A stretch of DNA of 30,846 bases, from IMG/VR virus record IMGVR_UViG_3300033420_000029, positions 1 through 30,846 of that record; one strand, 5' to 3'. Below are positions 7,440-15,389 of this stretch, one piece after another (position 1 is the stretch's first letter; each line of letters opens with the position of its first letter). This stretch comes from a virus (Duplodnaviria > Caudoviricetes). Both the position numbers and the translations under genes were made by a program. Under the pieces are notes generated by a model. That model was given only the letters and a program-made list of their open reading frames with translations. It was not told where the DNA came from and ran no database searches.

Positions 7440-8314
7440 ACTGGGGAATTCCCTACATGGGGAGTAAATCAAAAATAGCTCCATCAATTGCAATGAACTT
7501 TCCTAAAGCAGATCATTTCTATGATTTATTTGGAGGAGGATTTTCTATTAGCCATTACATGCTTGTTAATAAATCAAAGAACTATAAACATTTTCACTAT
7601 AATGAAATTAAAGCAGATATAGTTGAATTAGTTAAACAAGCAATTAATGGTAATTTTAATTATAATAAGTTTAAACCTAAATGGATTTCTCGTGAAGATT
7701 TCTTTGCTAATTTAGATGATGCTTACACTAGAATTTGTTGGAGCTTTGGGAATAACCAGAAGAACTATTTATTTGGTGATTGTGAGCAAGAAAAGAAGTC
7801 ATTACATAATGCAGTGGTGTTTAATATATTTGATAGCTTTATGCTTAATGAATTACATTTCAGTAAATGGCCAATAACCTGCAAAACAATTACCGATAAA
7901 AGATTATATTTAAAAACAGTTTTAAGAAAGATTAAAAGAATAGATTTGCAGCAGTTGGAGCGGTTGGAGCGGTTGGAGCAGTTGCAGCGGTTGGAGCGGT
8001 TGGAGCAGTTGCAGCAGTTGGAGCTACCTAAATTAACTCTAACTTCAAAAGACTACCGTGATGTAGAAATATTACCTAATTCAGTTGTTTACTGTGATAT
8101 TCCTTATGCTGGAACTGCTGATTATGGAGAATTTAGTCATAAAGAGTTCTTTGATTGGGCAGCAACAAGAGATTTTCCAGTGTATATTTCGGAGTATAAT
8201 GTACCTGACAAAAGATTTAAATTACTTTATGATATAGAAAAGCGTAGTATGTTCTCAGTAAGTAAAGATAAAACTACTATTATGACTGAAAAACTTTATT
8301 GGAATAATAAATGA
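7436..8314 (+). CDS. D12-class N6-adenine DNA methyltransferase
   Basis: PYMGSKSK, SAM motif YDLFGGG, catalytic YCDIPY (DPPY variant), VYISEY. Confidence 0.85.
   Translation: MNWGIPYMGSKSKIAPSIAMNFPKADHFYDLFGGGFSISHYMLVNKSKNYKHFHYNEIKADIVELVKQAINGNFNYNKFKPKWISREDFFANLDDAYTRICWSFGNNQKNYLFGDCEQEKKSLHNAVVFNIFDSFMLNELHFSKWPITCKTITDKRLYLKTVLRKIKRIDLQQLERLERLEQLQRLERLEQLQQLELPKLTLTSKDYRDVEILPNSVVYCDIPYAGTADYGEFSHKEFFDWAATRDFPVYISEYNVPDKRFKLLYDIEKRSMFSVSKDKTTIMTEKLYWNNK
7946..8023 (+). repeat. In-frame 9-bp tandem repeat TTG(C/G)AGC(A/G)G, about 8.7 copies
   Basis: Encodes LQQLERLERLEQLQRLERLEQLQQLE; a GC-rich patch inside an AT-rich gene. Confidence 0.95.
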
Positions 8315-8721
8315 GTGGACAACCGTCTAAATACAAATCAGAGTTCTGCGAAATGCTTATAGAACATATGAGCAAAGGATTATCTTTTGAAACCTTTGCT
8401 AATGTTGTTTGCGTTTCACCTGATAATGTTCGCTCTTGGCGTAAGACTCAACCAGAATTTAAAGATGCTTATAAAATTGGTTGTGCTAAAAGACTTGAAC
8501 TATATGAGAAAATAGGATTACAATTAGCAACGGGTAAGATTAAAGGCAATTCCTCAGTGTGGATATTTGCAATGAAAGCATTCTTTAAGTACCGTGATAA
8601 TGACCCAGTTAATAACGTGACTAACGTCCAAGTTAATTACGATTCACTTCCTGAAGAACAAAAACTTAAAGTACTTCAAGAAGCACTTAAACAATTGGAA
8701 CAGAAGGAACTTGCTGAATGA
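8311..8721 (+). CDS. terS: Terminase small subunit
   Basis: GQPSKY..EFCEMLIEHMSKGLSF HTH-type start, W.K..PEF.DA; position upstream of TerL. Confidence 0.8.
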   Translation: MSGQPSKYKSEFCEMLIEHMSKGLSFETFANVVCVSPDNVRSWRKTQPEFKDAYKIGCAKRLELYEKIGLQLATGKIKGNSSVWIFAMKAFFKYRDNDPVNNVTNVQVNYDSLPEEQKLKVLQEALKQLEQKELAE

Positions 8722-8906
8722 TTTACGATATGCAATGCACTAATCCAGATTGTAAACATGATTATGAAATTATTTGCTCAGTTGATGACAGAACTAAACA
8801 ACTTTGTAAAATATGTAATGATAAACTAGAAATTATTGTTAGACCCGTTCGTGCTATTTGGAAATGCAGAGTAGGCACGGTTTCAGAGGGAAGAATGACT
8901 AATTGA
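8718..8906 (+). CDS. FmdB-like zinc-ribbon protein
   Basis: IYDMQCTNPDCKHDYE...CKIC. Confidence 0.7.
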   Translation: MIYDMQCTNPDCKHDYEIICSVDDRTKQLCKICNDKLEIIVRPVRAIWKCRVGTVSEGRMTN

Positions 8907-11182
8907 AACAAGCAATCCTTAAAGCCATTGCTGAGAAGCAATCACTAATTGCAGAGAAATATACTAAACCATTACTATCTGGATTATTCAGACAGCAACG
9001 AGAGTTCTTACTCTCACCTTCTAAACGAAAACTTGCGAGGTGTACACGCCGTGCTGGAAAATCTCATGTTATTGCTGCTTATCTCGTTTATTCTGCGTAT
9101 CATAATTACAACTCTAATAACATATACCTGGGACTAACCCGCGATTCTGCTAAACGAATTATGTGGAAAACCTTCTTCGAACTTAAAGAGAAATATAACC
9201 TAGACTTCGATATGCGTGAATCAGACTTGACAGTTTACTTTCCAAACCGATCAGTAATTATTCTGTATGGTGCGGATATGCTAAATCTCACCAAACGACT
9301 CTTAGGAAATAAGTTTGATTTAGTCGTCGCTGACGAGGCTCAGAGTTTCAGAGACCTAATCATCAAGCCGCTCATGGAAGACGTCTTAGAACCGACGACA
9401 ATGGATAATGAGGGCACAATCTGCCTTACTGGTACTCCGCATCCAAAGCTAGCTGGATATTTCTATGAGCAGGATCAGATCCTAAACGAATATGAGAAGC
9501 ATCATTGGTCTGTCTATGACAATATCTACATGCCTCATGCAAAAGATTGGGTAGAGAAGAAAAAGCTAGAGAAGAAGTGGACAGACACTAGTCCAACTTA
9601 CGTTAGGGAATGGTTAGGGCAATGGGCGTATGATTTAGACGCTATGGTTTATAAGTTTAATAGAAATACTAATTTAATAACTCAATTACTTGAGGGGGAT
9701 TGTAATTATATTTGTGGGTTAGATTTAGGTTGGAATGATGCAACCGCTTTCGTTATTGTTGGTTATTATGAAAATATAGCTAAATGTTTTGTTGTACATT
9801 CAGAATCTTATTCTCACATGTTACCTTCAGAAATAGCTAAAAAATTAGAAAAGTTACAAGATAAATATAACTTAATTAGAATTGTTGCAGACACAGGTGG
9901 ATTAGGAAAATCAATAGTTGAAGAGTTTAGACAACGATATGAATTAAATATTGTTGCTGCTGATAAACTAGGAAAATATTCTCATATTGAATTATTAAAT
10001 ACTGATTTAATAAATGGAGACTTATCAATACTTGATTGCAATAAACAATTAATTGAAGAAATGAACCATCTTACATGGGATGATAATGGAAAAGAAGATC
10101 CCTCTTTACCCAATCATTTATGTTTTTCTGCTAATACAAAAATTATTACATCTAGTGGATACAAAAATATAAATAAGATATCATTAGAAGATAAAGTTCT
10201 TACAAGATTTGGTTATGAAAAAGTTTTAATTTCAGCTCAAACAAATATATCTGATACATACTTTGTTATAACCAATAAATATATTATTGAATGCACTAAA
10301 GAACATCCATTTTTTTCTATTGACAAAGGTCTAATTTCTGCTGATAGTTTATTGTATGGTGATAAATTACAGGAGAAATTATGCAGCAAGAGTTTAATGG
10401 GAAAGTGTATCGGATATTTAAAACCCAAAAATACTATTCAGTGGGTTATGACAGAAAGAAACATTGGTTACATAGAGATGTGTGGGAATTTCATAAAGAG
10501 CCTATACCTAATGATTACCAAATACATCATATTGATGGCAATAAACATAATAACTCTATTGATAATCTTACATGTATTAGTAAAAAAGAACACGAGACTA
10601 TACACGCAGAGGGTAGAAGCATTTCAGCTAAGAAGCATATTAAAAACCTCCTTCTTGCACATGAAAAAGCTAAAGAATGGCACTCCTCAAGAGAGGGATT
10701 GGAATGGCATAAAGAACAGTATAAAAATTCTTTGGGTAAAAATAGGCAAAAAAATGTTAAACTTATCTGCTCAGTGTGCAGACAGGAATATCTGGGAGAT
10801 AATGTTCGTAAGGCTACTGTGTTTGTGTGTTCAAATAAATGTTTTGCTAAAAAAAGAAGAGATGAAGGAAAAGATAACATTATTAAACAGTGTGAATTTT
10901 GTAAAAAAGATTATCAAACAAATAAGTTTCAACCAACAAAATTCTGCTCTAGAATTTGTTACAATAGTTCCCGCAAGCAAACAAATACCCGTATATAATT
11001 TAAAAATAGAAAATCACTCAGAATATTATGCTAATAATATATTAGTATCTAATTGTGATGCTCTTTTATATGCACACCATTTTTCACGTCACTATTGGGC
11101 AGTTAAAGACACAATAAAATCAGAAGAACAAGAAATGGAAGAAAAACTTGACCAACAATTCTTAGGAGAAAAACAATGGTAA
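8903..11182 (+). CDS. terL: Terminase large subunit, intein-containing precursor (759 aa; 448 aa after splicing)
   Basis: Walker A TRRAGKS, Walker B VVADEAQ, LTGTP, nuclease GLDLGWND; splicing restores NHL-CDALLY. Confidence 0.95.
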   Translation: MKQAILKAIAEKQSLIAEKYTKPLLSGLFRQQREFLLSPSKRKLARCTRRAGKSHVIAAYLVYSAYHNYNSNNIYLGLTRDSAKRIMWKTFFELKEKYNLDFDMRESDLTVYFPNRSVIILYGADMLNLTKRLLGNKFDLVVADEAQSFRDLIIKPLMEDVLEPTTMDNEGTICLTGTPHPKLAGYFYEQDQILNEYEKHHWSVYDNIYMPHAKDWVEKKKLEKKWTDTSPTYVREWLGQWAYDLDAMVYKFNRNTNLITQLLEGDCNYICGLDLGWNDATAFVIVGYYENIAKCFVVHSESYSHMLPSEIAKKLEKLQDKYNLIRIVADTGGLGKSIVEEFRQRYELNIVAADKLGKYSHIELLNTDLINGDLSILDCNKQLIEEMNHLTWDDNGKEDPSLPNHLCFSANTKIITSSGYKNINKISLEDKVLTRFGYEKVLISAQTNISDTYFVITNKYIIECTKEHPFFSIDKGLISADSLLYGDKLQEKLCSKSLMGKCIGYLKPKNTIQWVMTERNIGYIEMCGNFIKSLYLMITKYIILMAINIITLLIILHVLVKKNTRLYTQRVEAFQLRSILKTSFLHMKKLKNGTPQERDWNGIKNSIKILWVKIGKKMLNLSAQCADRNIWEIMFVRLLCLCVQINVLLKKEEMKEKITLLNSVNFVKKIIKQISFNQQNSALEFVTIVPASKQIPVYNLKIENHSEYYANNILVSNCDALLYAHHFSRHYWAVKDTIKSEEQEMEEKLDQQFLGEKQW
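10121..11053 (+). mobile_element. Intein in TerL (311 aa, Cys407 to Asn717; +1 residue Cys)
   Basis: Block A CFSANTKIIT..G.K.I..I...D.VLT, block B IECTKEHPF, A..L..GD.L, blocks F/G VYNLKIENHSEYYANNILVSN/C. Confidence 0.95.
10381..10998 (+). CDS. HNH endonuclease with two C-terminal Cys4 zinc-finger-like repeats, nested out of frame in the intein
   Basis: LHRDVWEFHKEPIPNDYQIHHIDGNKHNNSIDNL; CSVC...CSNKC and CEFC...CSRIC; AGGAGAAATT-ATG ribosome-binding site. Confidence 0.92.
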   Translation: MQQEFNGKVYRIFKTQKYYSVGYDRKKHWLHRDVWEFHKEPIPNDYQIHHIDGNKHNNSIDNLTCISKKEHETIHAEGRSISAKKHIKNLLLAHEKAKEWHSSREGLEWHKEQYKNSLGKNRQKNVKLICSVCRQEYLGDNVRKATVFVCSNKCFAKKRRDEGKDNIIKQCEFCKKDYQTNKFQPTKFCSRICYNSSRKQTNTRI

Positions 11183-11382
11183 AACAAAAACAGCATAATT
11201 TAGAGACAAAGAAAATTAGGGAAATACTAGACTTAATGATTGAAAAACGTGTTCTATCATTTGAGTACAAAAATCTTAAAGTACAGCTTAGTCCTCCCCT
11301 TGTAATTCAAGAAGATATCAAAGACAATAGCCATAAGCTTATCTCGGATGATGAGCTATTATTTATGGGTTCTATTGATTAA
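11176..11382 (+). CDS. Hypothetical protein
   Basis: 68-aa ORF with AGGAG SD between TerL and portal. Confidence 0.7.
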   Translation: MVKQKQHNLETKKIREILDLMIEKRVLSFEYKNLKVQLSPPLVIQEDIKDNSHKLISDDELLFMGSID

Positions 11383-11413
11383 GTAGTTCCAAAGCATCTA
11401 AAAGGATTTAGAT

Positions 11414-13237
11414 ATGCAAAAGATTAAGTATGATTGGTATAATAAAGAAGGTGATGAAGCGGCTAAAACAATATTTCAGCTGATAAACTATTGGGATTCT
11501 ACTCAATCAGTTGTCCAAGCTCACAATATGACTAATCTTCGGTTATATTCTAATAGAGAAGCTTTGAACTCTTCAATTGCTGGCTATGTTTTAAGCACTT
11601 CTGAAGGATATAGAAACTCAGCTGTTAATAACTTCAACACTAATAAAAACTTAATATCTCTAAACGTTGTTAAGTCTTGCGTTGATACTCTCACATCTAA
11701 AATTGGTAAGAATAAAATCAGGCCAACATTCCTAACCACAGGTGGTACGCTTAAACAACGTGTAAGTTCCAAGAAATTAACTAACTTTAACTTCGGAGTT
11801 CTATATGACTCTAAAGCTTATTCAGTTCTACCTTTAGTTCTTCGCGACGCCTTCATATTTGGTACTGGATTTGTTAAAGTATTCTTGCAGAATAAAAGAA
11901 TTAAAGTAGAGCGAGTTTATCCTGACGAGATAATGGTTGACTTAGCTGATGGTTATTACAATAATCCTAATCAGATGTTCCAAAGAAAACTTGTTTCCAA
12001 AGAAGCAATCAAAGAACTTTATCCAGACTTAGCAGATAGAATTGAAAACGTTAAATCAATATCTCTTGGACAAAATCAATCTAGTCAAGATACAATTCTA
12101 ATTGTTGAAGGCTGGAAATTACCACGAGGTAAAAAACCTGGTAGACACATTATTTGTATTGAAGGCATTATGTTACAAGAAGAAGTTTATAAAGACGACT
12201 TCTACCCATTCGCAAAAATAACTTATACTGACCCAGTTAAGGGATATTGGGGCACAGGAGTTTCAGAAGAACTTAAAGGAATTCAGCTAGAAATTAATCG
12301 CCTAATGAATCACATAACTGAATCAATGCGATTATTACAATATCCTAGAATATTCTTAGAAGCTGGTTCAAAAGTAAATCCAAGGCATATTACCAATGAA
12401 ATTGGAACAATAATTCCTTATGTTGGAGCCGCTCCAATTGTTCATGTTGCTCAAACTGTTGCTCCTGAAATATTTAATCAGCTAGAATCCCTTTATGCAA
12501 AATCTTATGAAATTGTAGGTATCTCACAATTATCTGCTCAGTCTCAAAAACCATCAGGACTTAATTCTGGTAAAGCACTACAAGAATATAACGATATCGA
12601 GACAGAGAGATTTGCAACTACAGCTCAAAAGTATGAAGAATTATTTATCGACGTTTCAGATGTAATTATTAAATGCTTATTTAAACTTGGTAATTATAAA
12701 GCTAATACATTTGATAAATTGGCTGGGGTTCAATCAATTGAATTCAGCGAAATAAGAGAAGCAATTGACGAATATGTTATTCAGACTTTTCCAAGTTCTG
12801 CATTACCTACAACGCCAGCGGCAAGATTATCTGTTGTAAATGAAATGAGCCAGGCAGGTTACATCGAACCTGAAGTTGCTAAACAGTTACTAGATTTCCC
12901 TGATTTGGAAGCCTATGCTCGCACAGATATGGCACCATTACAGATGATTCAGAAGGCTATTGAGTCCTCGCTTCTTGAAGGGATTTACATCGAACCAGAA
13001 CCATATCAGCCGTTAAATCTATCAGTTAAAATGGCTCAGCAATATTACTGTTGGGGAAAACTAAATGATGCTAAGGAAAGCAACTTGGAACTTGTAAGAA
13101 ATTACATCGAAGATTGCTTAAGTTTAGTAACGATGATGGTTCCTCCTCCAATAGCACCGGCTCAGCAAATGCTCGATACTCAGCTAGAACAAGCCCCAAG
13201 CGTGTCAACCTCACAGGCCCCTTTACAAGGCCTATGA
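11414..13237 (+). CDS. Portal protein (P22-like)
   Basis: 607 aa after TerL; LNVVKSCVD, RDAFIFGTGFVKV, YWGTG..E.L...Q.EIN, SGKAL motifs. Confidence 0.88.
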   Translation: MQKIKYDWYNKEGDEAAKTIFQLINYWDSTQSVVQAHNMTNLRLYSNREALNSSIAGYVLSTSEGYRNSAVNNFNTNKNLISLNVVKSCVDTLTSKIGKNKIRPTFLTTGGTLKQRVSSKKLTNFNFGVLYDSKAYSVLPLVLRDAFIFGTGFVKVFLQNKRIKVERVYPDEIMVDLADGYYNNPNQMFQRKLVSKEAIKELYPDLADRIENVKSISLGQNQSSQDTILIVEGWKLPRGKKPGRHIICIEGIMLQEEVYKDDFYPFAKITYTDPVKGYWGTGVSEELKGIQLEINRLMNHITESMRLLQYPRIFLEAGSKVNPRHITNEIGTIIPYVGAAPIVHVAQTVAPEIFNQLESLYAKSYEIVGISQLSAQSQKPSGLNSGKALQEYNDIETERFATTAQKYEELFIDVSDVIIKCLFKLGNYKANTFDKLAGVQSIEFSEIREAIDEYVIQTFPSSALPTTPAARLSVVNEMSQAGYIEPEVAKQLLDFPDLEAYARTDMAPLQMIQKAIESSLLEGIYIEPEPYQPLNLSVKMAQQYYCWGKLNDAKESNLELVRNYIEDCLSLVTMMVPPPIAPAQQMLDTQLEQAPSVSTSQAPLQGL

Positions 13238-13243
13238 TATAAT
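13235..13243 (+). promoter_or_regulatory. Extended -10 promoter motif (TGnTATAAT) before scaffold/capsid genes
   Basis: TGATATAAT at 13235-13243, SD AGGAG at 13257, ATG at 13268. Confidence 0.45.
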
Positions 13244-13267
13244 ATAGTTTTTACTTAGGAGTTCAGT

Positions 13268-14083
13268 ATGCAAGATTCAGCCATTGTCAATGTAGAGTCA
13301 ACTATGCAACCAGAAGGTAGGCCACCTGAAGGACAAGTTGATCAGTCATCTACCGACAAAATCTTCCAGGATAGATTTAATCAGCTAGCTCGGCGTGAAA
13401 GAAGTTTACGTCAGCAAGAAGGTCAGTTCAAAAGCATGCAGGAAAAGCTAACAGATTATGAATCGAAGTTTAGCAGACTAAAGGAATCACCAATTGATTC
13501 TTTAGAAAGTGATTTTGGTTTGAAATATGATGAGTTATTGGTTAAAGGATTAAACAACGATCCAACAGCAAAACTTGCACAGAAAATTGAGCAGCTTGAA
13601 GCTAGATTAAAAGAAAAGGACGCCTATGAAAAAGAACAATCGGAGAGTTCAAGGAAGAGCGACTCGATTACTTCTATTCGAGAACAGTTAGCAGATAAAG
13701 ATGATTTTGATTTAGTTAATTCCTTTGGAGCACATAATCAGGTTTATGACAAGATTTATGCTCATTATAAAGAAACTGGAGAAACTTTAGATGTTAATGA
13801 AGTAGCTAAGGAAATCGAAGAAGATATCCGAGGTAAATTAAGCTTCTTAACTAAATCTAAAAAGATTTCTAATATTTTTGCAGAGCATTTAAAGACAAGA
13901 GAAGCAAGTACTATGGAGTCTTTGGAAGAAAAGTTTGAGCAGAAACAAGCTCAATCTAGTCAACCAGGATTCACGTTGTCAAATGATTTGACAGCAAATT
14001 CTACTCCTGAAAAGCAGTATACTAGCGAACAGGATAGAGTAAAAGCAGCCATTGAAAGGTTCAAGCGGTTGCAGAATAATTAA
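13268..14083 (+). CDS. Capsid scaffolding protein
   Basis: Charged, coiled-coil-like protein between portal and capsid. Confidence 0.7.
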   Translation: MQDSAIVNVESTMQPEGRPPEGQVDQSSTDKIFQDRFNQLARRERSLRQQEGQFKSMQEKLTDYESKFSRLKESPIDSLESDFGLKYDELLVKGLNNDPTAKLAQKIEQLEARLKEKDAYEKEQSESSRKSDSITSIREQLADKDDFDLVNSFGAHNQVYDKIYAHYKETGETLDVNEVAKEIEEDIRGKLSFLTKSKKISNIFAEHLKTREASTMESLEEKFEQKQAQSSQPGFTLSNDLTANSTPEKQYTSEQDRVKAAIERFKRLQNN

Positions 14084-14113
14084 TATTAAATTAATCATGG
14101 AGGATTAATAATC

Positions 14114-15346
14114 ATGGGTAATCAGACTTTAGCAAATTTTACCGGGGCAATGAAAGACCTTTATAACGACTTTGGCGTTGAAGATCTTACTTATAAAAGC
14201 AATCCACTTTATGCTTTACTTCCTAAATGGGAAGAATTTTATGGGGACAGTCACAAGGTTCCGATCGTATACGGTAATTCACAAAATGTATCCGCTACTT
14301 TTGCAGATGCTTTAGCTGGAACCTCAGCTGGTTTAGTTGATGCATTTTTCACTACTCGTCAAAAGAATTATTCAATTGCTTCAATTGATAACGAGTTATT
14401 AGAAGCTTCTAAGAATGATTCTGGCAGCTTTATTCGTGGTGCTAAATTTGTAATGGACGGAGCTATGAAATCTTTAGCTCGTCAATTATCAATTCAAATA
14501 TACGGAGCAGGTACAGGTAATTCTGGACGTTTATCTGCTACTGCTGCAATTGGTGCAACTATTACTTTAGCAACTCCTAGCGATGCTGTTAAATTTGAAG
14601 TTGGACAAAACCTTGTAGCTTCTACCACTAATGGTACAGGCGCTCAAAAAACTGCATGTGCAATTACTAAAATTGACCGTGCTAACGGCGTTTTAACTAT
14701 GGCTGCAGACGTTTCTGGCGGCGGTTATTCTTGGGCTGCTAGTGATTATTTGTTCCTTAAAGGAAACTACAATAACACAATTAAAGGTCTAGATGCTTGG
14801 ATTCCTTACGATGATCGTGCTACTCGTTTAGCTGCTTCTTATTTTGGTGTTACTCGTAATACTGATAGCGAACGATTAGGCGGATTAATTAAAGACATCT
14901 CTTCAAGCCCAATCGAAGAAGGATTGCAAGACGCTTTAAATGAAGGCGCAAACATTGCAGAAGTTGAATATGATTACATAATGATGAATCCAATGGATGT
15001 TAGTAATCTAAATAAAGCTTTAGGATCTAAAGTTCAATATGTTAAAGCAACTGCAACCATGCCTTCAAATGCAAATGCACAAATTGGATTTGATGCTATA
15101 CAATTAAGCTACGCTGGTGGAACTGTTAAAGTTGTTGGCGATAGAAACTGTCCACGCGGTCGCGCATTTGTTCTATCTACTCCTTATATTCAATTGGCTT
15201 CCCTAGGAAAACCAGTTAGATTATTCGATCAAGATGGTAACATGATGTTACGCGAAACTTCTGCAGATGGGCTACAAATAAGAACTTTTTCTTACGCACA
15301 ATTGGAGATCTCAAATCCGGGTGCATTTATGCAGATTAATCTATAA
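14114..15346 (+). CDS. Major capsid protein
   Basis: 410 aa, GGAGG SD, synteny; MKDLY...Y..NPL.ALLPK.E.F.G and V.VVGDRNCP...AFVL patterns. Confidence 0.85.
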   Translation: MGNQTLANFTGAMKDLYNDFGVEDLTYKSNPLYALLPKWEEFYGDSHKVPIVYGNSQNVSATFADALAGTSAGLVDAFFTTRQKNYSIASIDNELLEASKNDSGSFIRGAKFVMDGAMKSLARQLSIQIYGAGTGNSGRLSATAAIGATITLATPSDAVKFEVGQNLVASTTNGTGAQKTACAITKIDRANGVLTMAADVSGGGYSWAASDYLFLKGNYNNTIKGLDAWIPYDDRATRLAASYFGVTRNTDSERLGGLIKDISSSPIEEGLQDALNEGANIAEVEYDYIMMNPMDVSNLNKALGSKVQYVKATATMPSNANAQIGFDAIQLSYAGGTVKVVGDRNCPRGRAFVLSTPYIQLASLGKPVRLFDQDGNMMLRETSADGLQIRTFSYAQLEISNPGAFMQINL

Positions 15347-15389
15347 CAAACATGGGCACATCTAGTGCCTATTTAAGGAGAAATTAAAA

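Noticed and set aside
10527-10880. 117-aa minus-strand ORF as a third coding layer in the intein
   Set aside because: No recognisable motif; reads as an antisense shadow of the HNH gene.
10370-11000. Ordinary in-frame HNH intein broken by two compensating sequencing or frameshift errors
   Set aside because: The HNH ORF has its own SD, ATG and TAA, and the TerL frame is stop-free across all 206 codons, which errors would not be expected to produce. Read mapping is still the definitive test.
15353-15373. Terminator after the capsid gene
   Set aside because: Short GGGCAC/GTGCCT stem with only a weak T-tract.
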